DNA from: Eledone cirrhosa
Taxonomy: Eukaryota
NCBI GenBank assembly: GCA_964016885.1
Contig: OZ024745.1
Location: 56,420,001-56,484,000 of the forward strand
DNA: 64,000 nucleotides
Reading direction: 5' to 3'
Each line of letters opens with the position of its first letter. The first letter of the stretch is position 1. Both the position numbers and the translations under genes were made by a program. This document shows positions 26,154-37,530 of this stretch, in pieces. The notes below the pieces were generated by a model. That model made no database searches. It was not told where the DNA came from and saw only the letters and a program-made list of their open reading frames with translations.

Positions 26154-28133
26154 TTACTTACCTCCCGGGGTCTTGTGAAGGTCGGGCGGTTCGACCTCCA
26201 TGGTTGGTGGGGTTTCTTTTGGGAACCCCTTTAATAGTCTCGATGTGGGTTTCACATTCGGGGTTCCCACGTCTTGAGGAAAGCTCTCTCGAATTCTTTG
26301 AAAGAATTGAGTGAGATTCGGACCAGAAGCAAATCTTCTGGCACGCAAAATGTGCTCATTTCAAAAATCTTCTGTTTGAATGTCCTCGCTTCATGCTTAG
26401 AGGGCCATCAGTTTATCGTTGGCCCTTCTGACAAGCACGAAGTTTTTAACATTTTGTTGGTGTGGTTTTATTTATTTTCGTTTTGGTGACTGTGGTGGTG
26501 ATAGTTTTGGTGGTGTTGTTTCGGGTATGTCTGTGTTTGTTGTAGGTGTGGTGTCAGCAATTTCAGGTATTTGTGTGTTTATTTGTACTTGTGTTTGTTT
26601 AGGTTGTTTGCGTTTCGGGGATTGTGGGGGTGGTGTCGATGTTGCTCTTGGTGCTGATGTTATTGGGGGAAGTGTTTGCGTTAGTGGTGTCTGTATTTTT
26701 TGTTGTGCATGTTTTTGTGGGGATTTTCTTTTGTGAGTTTTCTCTGTTTTTTTCTGGCACTTTTGGATTTTCCTTCATCTTCGCTGCTGGAAGACAAAGG
26801 GTCTGTGTCTGTGTGTGCGTTTATTGTTTTGTCTATGTGTATAATTGGGGGGGGGGGGAGTGGTAGAGCTTTCCTCGTGTTCCCCTTGGATTGGTTTTGG
26901 TGTTGGTGGTGATGCGACTGTTTTTGATGTTGGTGTCCGTGTCTTTGTTGGTGTTGTTTTTGGTGGTGGTGGTGGTGCAGCTTTCCGTGCTGACACTGGC
27001 GTTGGCAACAAAGGAGGTTTGCGATCCCCTGCATTTTTGCGCGGAGGGCAGAAGGCTTGCAAATGCGTTGCTTCCCCGCAGACGAAGCAGCGTGGCCTTC
27101 TTCCATCAATGATTAGTTGGATTGTTGTCCCGTCCTGCAGGCGAGCAAAATCCGGGATGTTGTTCATGTCCTTCGGTTTCATTTGGGGAAGAATCTCCAA
27201 ATCCATTCCGGACCAGTCTTCTGTCTCTGTCCTTTTGATATCCAGGATGGTAGTGTCTGTCCCCTCATCGATTACACATCCCAGCATCCACCATATGTTC
27301 ATTCCTGGTGGGATGCTGGGAATACGGACCTTTACTGTCCTTTTACCCATGTAGGACGGATGCATGTTAATGCGTCCCGTTCTGCAGGGGGTCACCGAGT
27401 GCTTAATAGCGAGGGCCTCGGTTTTGAACAGTACCGAGATGGTACCGAACTGTTTGCCTCTTGCTTTATACTCTATGTTCCTTCCGATGTACTCCAAAGC
27501 AGCCTCGACCTCTGCTTGGCTGGCACGTTCCACTTTTCGTGTCTGCACCGAAATGCATCGAAAGTACACCGTCCCCCTTTGCATGGCCACTATTGCCTCG
27601 TCCGGGATGGTCATGTTTGCCCAGGAATTCTCCCGTTTAATTAGCCTACACGCTTGGGCCAACTGTTCGTCTTTATCGCTAATATAAATATCAATATTCA
27701 ATAAGCGCTTTGTTTTTGCTGTTGCTGAAGCAAATGTGGTGCTTCTGATGCTCTTGTTGTTGGTGTTGTCATTCTTGCTGTTTTTATTGGTGTTGTTGTT
27801 GTTGTTTTGATTGTTGATGCTGTTGTCACCGCCATCCGTGTTTACATTGAAGCTGTCGGTGTTATTGTTCTTATTGCTCTGAGTTGTTGTTGTTGTTGTT
27901 GTTGTGGTGGTGGTGATGGTGGTGGTGGCGGTGGTAGTGGTGATGTCGTTTTCAGATGATACTGCTGCTATCACAGAACGTTGTGATGGTAGATTTTGAG
28001 TTTTGCCTTCACATTCAGTAGAGTGGTCGACAGGCATGACTGTAGCCGTCGTAGTCGTGGTGAAATCTACAGTGGCTGCCGTTAAACTTTTGACCTGAAC
28101 GTTGTTTACCGTTTCAAGCTCGAAAATTTCCAT
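26154..28133 (-). pseudogene. ORF1 (gag-like nucleic-acid-binding protein) with CCHC zinc knuckle, frameshifted near 26850
   Basis: CFVCGEATHLQAFC = CX2CX4HX4C; Thr/Asn low-complexity N-terminus; position upstream of APE. Confidence 0.85.
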
Positions 28134-28959
28134 ATTCTTTTTGGTGGGGAAGCTATTTTTTTCGAAGTTTTTAAAAAACAAATCTGAATATTCGGGCTTA
28201 AAGCCCGAATATTGAGAGGTATCCCTCTCTTTAAATCAAGATGTGAACCTTGAGTTTCGTTAACGTCAAGAAAATACAAAAAATGACACTTTAAAACAGC
28301 TTCAAACTACGAACCTTTTGCCCCGCAGATTTGTACTGTCTTCACACATGTGCGTCCGTAACAACAATAATAATAATAATACACTAATAATAATTATTAA
28401 TTAATGCAATCGTGCGTGACGAATATGTTTAAAGTGAGGAAAGACTGTGCACTGAGCCAATTCCACTTCCTGAGCGACAGTAGCTATAACCCGAAAATAA
28501 GAAAAGATCAACATCATAGGTAACTACGGAGCCGCAGGTTTTATGTCGGAGTCAACCCAGTTTCCTGAGATGCCTTCTCCTAGAAGAATGCCCTGACAAG
28601 GGCTAGGGGTTCTTCACTCCCAGTGGTTTAACTGCGTGATCGGATATCCAGCCCGACTATTTCTATGTCCCCGCGTATAAAAAAAACTAAAAAAAAAAAC
28701 TCATTTATTGACACTTATACGTACGACATACACACACGCACACACACACATACATACGTTCGCACAAACCAACACTCATACATACAAACAAACACACACA
28801 CGCTACTCACTTACACACACACATATATATATGTATATATTACCGTCACTACTGATACAAGATTACAAGATTATGTCAACTGTTGACTTTCAAAAGAGTT
28901 CGTATAGTTGAAGCCGTTCGTGTTACCGTTCAGTATTATTATAATTGCTTTACAGCATA

Positions 28960-29104
28960 GAGCTATGGCCCTCCACGCTCCGAGCTCAAATCCCGCGAAG
29001 GTCAGCCTTGCCTTTCATCCCTGCGGAGTCAACAAAAGAGAGCACCAGTAATGCGCTGGGACAGTCCCTGGCTCCGTGCCAAAAGGAGAACAATTATTAT
29101 TATT
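28960..29104 (+). mobile_element. SINE (octopus-type family)
   Basis: GAGCTCAAATCCCGCGAAGGTCAGCCTTGCCTTTCATCC...CACCAGT and (ATT)n tail. Confidence 0.7.
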
Positions 29105-30159
29105 AAAGTTGTTGTTTTCTTGAGGCCCGGTCGCTGGTGGAGGTGGATGGTGGTGGTGGTGATGGTGGCGGTGGTGGCAGTTGATGTTGTTGTTGTGTTG
29201 TGTGTGTGTGTGTGTGTGTGTTTTGTTATTTTGAGTTTTTTTTTGTTTCTTTTTATCGTTTGATGCCGCTGTTGTTGTAAATGTTCATTTCAATTCATTC
29301 TGAATCTGTTGTTGCTGTAAACATTAGTGCTGGTGTTGTTGCTGTAGATGTTGGGGTTGAAATCTGGTCGTTTGACTGAGTGATGTATATACACACATAT
29401 ACACACATATATATATATATATATACACATACACATTCAACACAGAGTTTGAAAACAGATCCGTGACTTTAGTCTAGATAGGGTAATGACATGCGTAAAT
29501 GTAAATGTGGTGGTGGGGAGAGAGTGTAGACGCTATTGTGGTGGTGGGGGGTAGTGAGATGTATCTAGTTCATTTGTCCGTTTTTTTCTCTTTGCAAAAT
29601 TTGAATTTTAGCCATGTTATATTGAGATGTAAGTAAATGTAAAATGTAAATTATAAATAACGATTGCTCTGGCAAAATATGCGAAAATATTTGTGTAACT
29701 TCCACAAACTTCTGTCGTGACATTCCCGAGTCCAGTGACCAAACAATTGTTGTATTTTGATGTTTCAGAATACAAAAATTAATTAAAAACACTTACCCCA
29801 CGAAAAGACAGTATATATATATACATACATGGTGGCGACCAACTCGTTTTCGAGTACGGCCACTACTTTATATCCATGTAGGAGAACCCCTACCGATGCG
29901 CTGAACGAGTGTGACTTTTTAGTCCAGCCAGCGACTTGAAAACTCTGGTACAATCACTACACTTGTGACAATTATTGACACATAGTGCTGGGCCCATGGT
30001 ACCATGTGATGACAAGTGCAGAGAGATCTCCAGGTATAAAGCAATGCCTGTGCCGTGAAGCTTTTATAGTGAGCAAAGGCACTGCACAAAGCCAGTCCCA
30101 CTCTCTTAACCAAGATGATATTTACCAAAAAGAAGAACAAGTCAACATCATTGGATACC

Positions 30160-30438
30160 ATCAGGGTTTCAGGTGTTATATCAGAGTTTTCCTTCTCCTA
30201 GAATTCTGCCTTGACAAAGGCTAAGGGGTATTCTCTCCCGGTGATTTTGGATGGCCATTGACTCTTAAGAGCTCCTTTGCCCTTTGACAGGTTTTGTTTT
30301 TAGTCCTGCAGGATGTCCAAAGTCACCCTCCTCACCAAGAAACCTTGGTGGGGTTGCCAGTTTAGTCGCCAACGACCCGACCATAAGACAGGTTGTACTG
30401 GGATACATGTTACCAGTAGCACCAACTGGTGACCTGAC
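30160..30438 (-). mobile_element. 5' UTR-like fragment of a LINE (RTE-like), possible HDV-like ribozyme at its 5' end
   Basis: CCTTCTCCTAGA..TGCC.TGACAA.GGCTA motif also at ~28570-28625; structured GC-richer end abutting (TACA)n. Confidence 0.45.
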
Positions 30439-30581
30439 ATTTATACATACATACATACATACATACATACATACATACATACACATATAGATGATGCGTT
30501 TAGAAAATACGATTTCTCTAAAAATCATGGATTCAGTGACAAACGGCGATCGTGGACGAATTCTATTTGTCTGGTTCGTTA

Positions 30582-30662
<81 letters not shown>

Positions 30663-30667
<5 letters not shown>

Positions 30668-30950
30668 ATACTTGGGGAGGGTCATATTGTTGTAATAATG
30701 TTGCCAGAAATAATAACAAAACACACTCACTGTTTGGTTGGTTTTCGCTTCTGTATCTTTTATATCTCCGTAGTTAATTTATTTGACAATCAATGTTTAT
30801 CATTGATTGACCAACGGTTAAAAATACAGATATAAATATATATTATATATTGAGTTATAAACTCAAAATATTCTTTTACAATTAAATATATATATATATA
30901 GTCTATCAAAGTTCTTTCCTTGCACACCTGCAGTGGTACTATTATGTTTC
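30663..30950 (-). mobile_element. Family A copy (HHR core partly deleted)
   Basis: Reverse-complement homologue of 1-254, same ATGACCCTCCCCAAGTATAACAA-(TA)n end. Confidence 0.75.
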
Positions 30951-30998
30951 CTCCCATTGTATTGTATTGTACTGTAATGTCTACGCCATTTTTCTTTT

Positions 30999-31029
<31 letters not shown>

Positions 31030-31348
31030 CTTGTCTGTATATAGGGAAAAGAACACAAATAAATTTGTGTTCAATTATAGGGGACATACGACCTCCAGAG
31101 TGAAATCCTATAATCTACGAACAGAATGGAAAACACGCAAGAATTGAAAGGATAAATTAAAGTATACAGACCATTTATTATAACTATATCCCTGGTTCAA
31201 TCCTGGATAACCACACTAAGTATGATACTTATTGAATTAGTAGGGTGAAAACATCCAAATATAACATAGAAATGGCTTCTGCAAAACTAAATCTGTTTCA
31301 TTTAGAATGAAACGGCTTTAGTCCTCTAGAAGCCATTACCACATTAAA

Positions 31349-31398
<50 letters not shown>

Positions 31399-31680
31399 GA
31401 TTTCACCGAATTTAAATTCATAGAAATCTGGGACTTGTCTCTTTCCTCCTAACTTTCTGTTGCTTCACCATTTTGTTTGTTTACCCTCGCGTCCCCTTTA
31501 TTTACGTGTCCTAACGACTTTTTTTAGCCGTTGCTCGCACCAACCGGAGGTATATGATCTTTAAATCGATGAAATGCCTATGATGGTTGGAAGATCACTG
31601 ATGAAGGACAAACTTTTTTCATATGTAACCCATTTGCAACTCCGCAGCGCCCTTATTATATATATATATATATAAATGTA

Positions 31681-32444
31681 AAAGAATGAAACGAAATTAC
31701 ATGTCTCACTCTTAGTACGGCTGATACTTAAATGTAAGTATGTATGTATACGTACATACATATATGTATACAGACGTACAGTAGTATGGGTTTACCGAAC
31801 ATTTATTATAATGTTCGGTTTGTTTGTAAATAAACAAACAGCCCGATTTACGCCGTACAGTGTTCAGGAAACATCGACGCCTGTTTGTTTGTTTACAAAC
31901 AAACCGAACATTATAATAAATGTTCGGTAAACCCATACGTACATATATATATATGTCTGCATGTATGTATATATATACATACTACTGTACGTCTGTATAT
32001 CTATGTATGTACGTATACATACATACTTACATATAAGTATCAGCCGTACTAAGAGTGAGAAATGAAATTTCGTTTCATTCTTTGCCATTTATCGTTTTCG
32101 GTGCGCTCGGCCGACTAACTCACTCGATATGCAAATTAGGCTGCTCAACCGTTAATATGCATAAGAAAAGTATATACTTTCAGACGTTCAATCATCTGGC
32201 AGGAAGGTATAAGATGCTGACGATAGCTAATAAGCTTGAAACTAGTACATCGTTCCTGTGCTTGCCTGAGCACTTTACGGCGTAATTCGGGCTGTTTGTT
32301 TGTTTACAAACAAACCGAACATTATAATAAATGTTCGGTAAAGGCATACGTACATATCTATATGTGTGCATGTATGTATATATATACATGCTACTGTACG
32401 TCTGTATACATATATGTATGTACGCATACATACATACTTACATT
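31681..32444 (+). mobile_element. HHR element with 5' inversion and partial tandem (~411-bp unit, family E)
   Basis: Inverted arm 31681-31868; direct repeat CTGTTTGTTTGTTTACAAAC at 31881 and 32292; flanked by (TA)n. Confidence 0.8.
32213..32251 (+). ncRNA. Minimal type I hammerhead ribozyme (family E)
   Basis: GATG-CTGACGA-tAGCTaataAGCTt-GAAA-CTAG-TA-CATC; stem I GATG/CATC, palindromic stem III ACTAGT, outer CAGGAA/TTCCTG. Confidence 0.9.
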
Positions 32445-32623
32445 TATATATATATATATATAAAATTGGAATAAATGCTCTGAAATAGCGATATATATGT
32501 GAATATAGACATAGAATATTCGAAAATATTCTGTATGTTTATAATAAACATTTTGAAGACCTAATCGCTATAGAATAGAATACGTCACGTATTACAATTA
32601 GATTCTCGATAAAAGCAAGGGAA

Positions 32624-32666
32624 GTAATCTACGCGTTTCATTCTCGTTAGAAATCATCAGGACTAC
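32624..32666 (-). ncRNA. Type I hammerhead ribozyme (family F, antisense copy)
   Basis: GTAATCTACGCGTTTCATTCTCGTTAGAAATCATCAGGACTAC is the exact reverse complement of the array HHR. Confidence 0.9.
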
Positions 32667-32736
32667 ATATCCAGTGCTTTTATCGAGAATGACACAGCTA
32701 ACTAGCTGTGTCATTCCCGATAAAAGCACTGGATAT

Positions 32737-32779
32737 GTAGTCCTGATGATTTCTAACGAGAATGAAACGCGTAGATTAC
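32737..32779 (+). ncRNA. Type I hammerhead ribozyme (family F, first of 7; CTGATGA at 32743, 33053, 33363, 33673, 33983, 34293, 34603)
   Basis: GTAGTC-CTGATGA-tTTCTaacgAGAAt-GAAA-CGCG-TA-GATTAC; stem I GTAGTC/GATTAC, palindromic stem III ACGCGT, enclosed by ATTCTCGATAAAAGCA/TGCTTTTATCGAGAAT. Confidence 0.92.
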
Positions 32780-34965
32780 TTCCCTTGCTTTTATCGAGAA
32801 TCTAATTGTAATACGTGACATATTCTATTCTATAGCGATTAGGTCTTCAAAATGTTTATTATAAACATACAGAATATTTTCGAATATTCTATGTCTATAT
32901 TCACATATATATCGCTATTTCAGAGCATTTATTCCAATTTCTAATTTCTGCCGGACCGGCAACCGCTCTTTCAAACCAGTTCCTGTACACAGCTAAGTAT
33001 TCTATAAGTCTCTAGCTGTGTCATTCTCGATAAAAGCACTGGATATGTAGTCCTGATGATTTCTAACGAGAATGAAACGCGTAGATTACTTCCCTTGCTT
33101 TTATCGAGAATCTAATTGTAATACGTGACGTATTCTATTCTATAGCGATTAGGTCTTCAAAATGTTTATTATAAACATACAGAATATTTTCGAATATTCT
33201 ATGTCTATATTCACATATATATCGCTATTTCAGAGCATTTATTCCAATTTCTAATTTCTGCCGGACCGGCAACCGCTCTTTCAAACCAGTTCCTGTACAC
33301 AGCTAAGTATTCTATAAGTCTCTAGCTGTGTCATTCTCGATAAAAGCACTGGATATGTAGTCCTGATGATTTCAAACGAGAATGAAACGCGTAGATTACT
33401 TCCCTTGCTTTTATCGAGAATCTAATTGTAATACGTGACGTATTCTATTCTATAGCGATTAGGTCTTCAAAATGTTTATTATAAACATACAGAATATTTT
33501 CGAATATTCTATGTCTATATTCACATATATATCGCTATTTCAGAGCATTTATTCCAATTTCTAATTTCTGCCGGACCGGCAACCGCTCTTTCAAACCAGT
33601 TCCTGTACACAGCTAAGTATTCTATAAGTCTCTAGCTGTGTCATTCTCGATAAAAGCACTGGATATGTAGTCCTGATGATTTCTAACGAGAATGAAACGC
33701 GTAGATTACTTCCCTTGCTTTTATCGAGAATCTAATTGTAATACGTGACGTATTCTATTCTATAGCGATTAGGTCTTCAAAATGTTTATTATAAACATAC
33801 AGAATATTTTCGAATATTCTATGTCTATATTCACATATATATCGCTATTTCAGAGCATTTATTCCAATTTCTAATTTCTGCCGGACCGGCAACCGCTCTT
33901 TCAAACCAGTTCCTGTACACAGCTAAGTATTCTATAAGTCTCTAGCTGTGTCATTCTCGATAAAAGCACTGGATATGTAGTCCTGATGATTTCTAACGAG
34001 AATGAAACGCGTAGATTACTTCCCTTGCTTTTATCGAGAATCTAATTGTAATACGTGACGTATTCTATTCTATAGCGATTAGGTCTTCAAAATGTTTATT
34101 ATAAACATACAGAATATTTTCGAATATTCTATGTCTATATTCACATATATATCGCTATTTCAGAGCATTTATTCCAATTTCTAATTTCTGCCGGACCGGC
34201 AACCGCTCTTTCAAACCAGTTCCTGTACACAGCTAAGTATTCTATAAGTCTCTAGCTGTGTCATTCTCGATAAAAGCACTGGATATGTAGTCCTGATGAT
34301 TTCTAACGAGAATGAAACGCGTAGATTACTTCCCTTGCTTTTATCGAGAATCTAATTGTAATACGTGACGTATTCTATTCTATAGCGATTAGGTCTTCAA
34401 AATGTTTATTATAAACATACAGAATATTTTCGAATATTCTATGTCTATATTCACATATATATCGCTATTTCAGAGCATTTATTCCAATTTCTAATTTCTG
34501 CCGGACCGGCAACCGCTCTTTCAAACCAGTTCCTGTACACAGCTAAGTATTCTATAAGTCTCTAGCTGTGTCATTCTCGATAAAAGCACTGGATATGTAG
34601 TCCTGATGATTTCTAACGAGAATGAAACGCGTAGATTACTTCCCTTGCTTTTATCGAGAATCTAATTGTAATACGTGACGTATTCTATTCTATAGCGATT
34701 AGGTCTTCAAAATGTTTATTATAAACATACAGAATATTTTCGAATATTCTATGTCTATATTCATATATATATATATATATATATAAGTTTCAGAAGATCC
34801 CGTTAAGGGTAAAAGCAGCGATTCTTTGCTTAAACTTTAATCTGCTATTCTAATAAATATTTTCTCTAGTCTTCTTATATATATTTATCCTTATCGAGCC
34901 CTCTTTGGATTTTAGTCTTCACATTTATTATTATTACTATATATATATATATATATATATATAAA

Positions 34966-35157
34966 ACGAAGGAAATGTGGTAAGGAACCAGATAGACCAT
35001 AACGCACCAAAGTACTCAATACTTAGGGTAGTAGAGTGGGTAATAGGAACGAGTAGGAACCCGACGGCTGAGCTCAAGCCGTTTAGTCCAGAATTAGCCG
35101 TCGAAACGGCTTGATCTCAGTTCCTATATATATATATATATATATACATACTCGTTC

Positions 35158-35188
<31 letters not shown>

Positions 35189-35247
35189 GGAAAAGAGTCA
35201 GGACCCCGACGGCTGAGCTCCGGCCGTTTCGACAATTTGATCGGAAC

Positions 35248-35250
<3 letters not shown>
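34966..35250 (-). mobile_element. Family B copy, rearranged and interrupted by (TA)n
   Basis: High similarity to 331-525 including GAAACGGCTTGATCTCAG; further fragments at ~35150 and ~35190-35240. Confidence 0.75.
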
Positions 35251-35294
<44 letters not shown>

Positions 35295-35297
<3 letters not shown>

Positions 35298-35506
35298 GAG
35301 TGCCAGCTGAAAAGGTCACAGGCTGACTATGAAGGAGTTATGCTAGAGCTGTGAAATCTTGATTGAATTAATTTCGACTTTTCTTAGCTGCATTGTTTCT
35401 TTGCAGGAAGTTTCTAGAAAAATCAACCTCATCTGGACATTTCATGAGTGTATCTTGGTCAACCTACAAAACCTTCAGCCTCTGAATTTTTCTACCGACC
35501 TTCGTA
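35295..35506. mobile_element. Mariner-derived MITE
   Basis: Imperfect TIRs TATGAGTGCCAGCTGAAAAGGTCACAGGCTGA / TCAGCCTCTGAATTTTTCTACCGACCTTCGTA. Confidence 0.65.
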
Positions 35507-36188
35507 TTTATATATTCGCATGCATACAACTATGTACGTAGGTTATCTCATTCCTTCGTTGCCTAAAATGCATCTTCTGAAGGAAATGATCTTTTAGACT
35601 TTAAAACATTTACTCGTCTGTTTCGATTGTAACTCGTTAGCTACGTGTTCTACGTCAACAGTTATTCTGTAGTGTATTTTATTTAATATAAGAAATATGT
35701 AACCTTCTATAAAGAAGTTAATTGAAATGTAATAGTGCCAAAGAATTCATGTTTTCAAAGAATATCATTATGAAAAAACGTAATAAATGAGATATTCGTT
35801 TGGATTTTGTTTGAAACGTATTATCCAGATGTTGCTAATTATATTTCACATAAACTAACGATTAGTTTCGTTGAGTGTAAAGCTGTATTTCCATGTAAGC
35901 CATATTCATAAATAACCTACGAAATATAATAACTATGAAATAACGAGATTTCCTGTTTCACTAGAGGTGTATTTTTGTGTCTCGCTGTTCGTATGTTTTG
36001 GCAAGAGTAGCTTTCTATCTCAGGATTGGATTAGAAATATATGTTTGGGTTGTATATATATATATATATACAACCCAAACAGTATTCCATCGTACTACCC
36101 ACACACACTATATATATATATACATACTCCCACACACACACTATATATACACACTATATATACACACACACGCACAGACAGACAGGCA

Positions 36189-36246
<58 letters not shown>

Positions 36247-37374
36247 TATCTATCTATCTCTCTCTCTCTCTATATATATATATACGTATATATGGATGTG
36301 TGTGAGTGTGTTTGTATCTTTATGGGTGGGTGGTGTTTGTGTTTATTTATAAAATTTGTAGGCGCTGGGCTATTTGAAATATTTGAAAATGTACGAATTC
36401 CAAACGCAGAGATAGCTGAAACAAGAGTTGATGGCTAAATAATAATTTATTGTTTATAATGATCGACTATTGTTACAGGCATCTTCTATATTTGCTATTT
36501 CTACACTTTCATTAAATGTATATATTATGTATGAGAAACAAACTTTAATATCTTTTATTCCATGTCGAACATTACACATGTTACACAATAGAAGGGCTAG
36601 AGGACTTAATTGGTCTTATAGGCTCGAATAGACATACATACTCTGTATTAGCACTGTAATAGGTATGTATTAAATCACATTTTGATTTTAAACGCTTGTC
36701 AAACTATTTAATTTCATAGTGAATTATCTTAGGATGAATGAAGTTTCAGTTGATGTGATGTGTGATATATTTATTTCAGTAATAATAAACTGCATATGTT
36801 AATGCTCGAGCCAATATGAAATTTAGTGTTCGTAGCTTTATGGATTATGCTGGACAATGAGAGGTTGGAATGCATTTGTTACATACAATACGTGATATGG
36901 GAATTGGTATATGTTCATATTATTACATTGACTATAATTTCTAGAGTGTTAGGTGCAGAAGTTAAAACAATCCAATGCTGATACATCGGGAATATTATTT
37001 CTATGAAAATGGTAAGGTGCAGAGTGAGGTTGAAGGAATCTAAGACGAGTAAAATATACAGCCCAAACAATAAGGAACGCTTTAAATAAGGTTGTCTCGA
37101 GGAACAATTCTAGAAAAAAACACAGAATGGATACAGCCCAAATGATATTTGTCTTAGTTAAATCTGATCAGTGAAATATTAATCTTGTAAAGTTAACATG
37201 CGTGGAGAAGTGAAATATCGTATTAAAATTGATGCTGGAAAATTACTCACAGTTGCTAACCTATTGATACGATGAGTGTAAACCTAACAACATATATTCC
37301 CAGCTCCTTACCAAAAGTTCTAGAAAGTCTTTTATGATGATGCTTAACAGAAATCGAAAATAATGAGCCTTATA

Positions 37375-37530
37375 ATAATAATTGTTTCTACGTTAGGCAC
37401 AAGGCCAGCAATTACCCAGTGTATTACTGGTACTTTATTTTATCGACCCCGTAAGGATGAAAGGCAAAGTTAACCTCGGCGGGATTTGAACTCAGAATGG
37501 CAAGGGCTGTAACTCTATGCGTCAAAGCAT
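37375..37530 (-). mobile_element. SINE (octopus-type family)
   Basis: ACTGGTACTTTATTTTATCGACCCCGTAAGGATGAAAGGCAAAGTTAACCTCGGCGGGATTTGAACTCAGAA; (AAT)n tail. Confidence 0.8.

Larger units (their letters stand above)
21150..28350 (-). mobile_element. L1/Tx1-type non-LTR retrotransposon locus (two related elements joined)
   Basis: GC-richer block containing ORF1 (zinc knuckle), a first APE start, a second ORF1 tail and a complete-length but disrupted APE-RT ORF2. Confidence 0.9.
32463..34763 (+). mobile_element. 310-bp tandem array of HHR-containing units with 5' inverted copy (retrozyme-like, family F)
   Basis: ~6.65 near-identical direct units 32702-34763 (period 310) preceded by an inverted partial unit 32463-32700; (TA)n on both sides. 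Confidence 0.93.

Noticed and set aside
22290-27687. Plus-strand ORFs overlapping the LINE
   Set aside because: Antisense shadows of the GC-richer minus-strand retrotransposon frames
31590-31625. CTGATGA in a (TA)n-flanked fragment
   Set aside because: No downstream GAAA or closing stems; at most a remnant
32702-34763. CRISPR-like regular array
   Set aside because: Units are wholly identical with no unique spacers; eukaryotic context; explained as HHR tandem repeat
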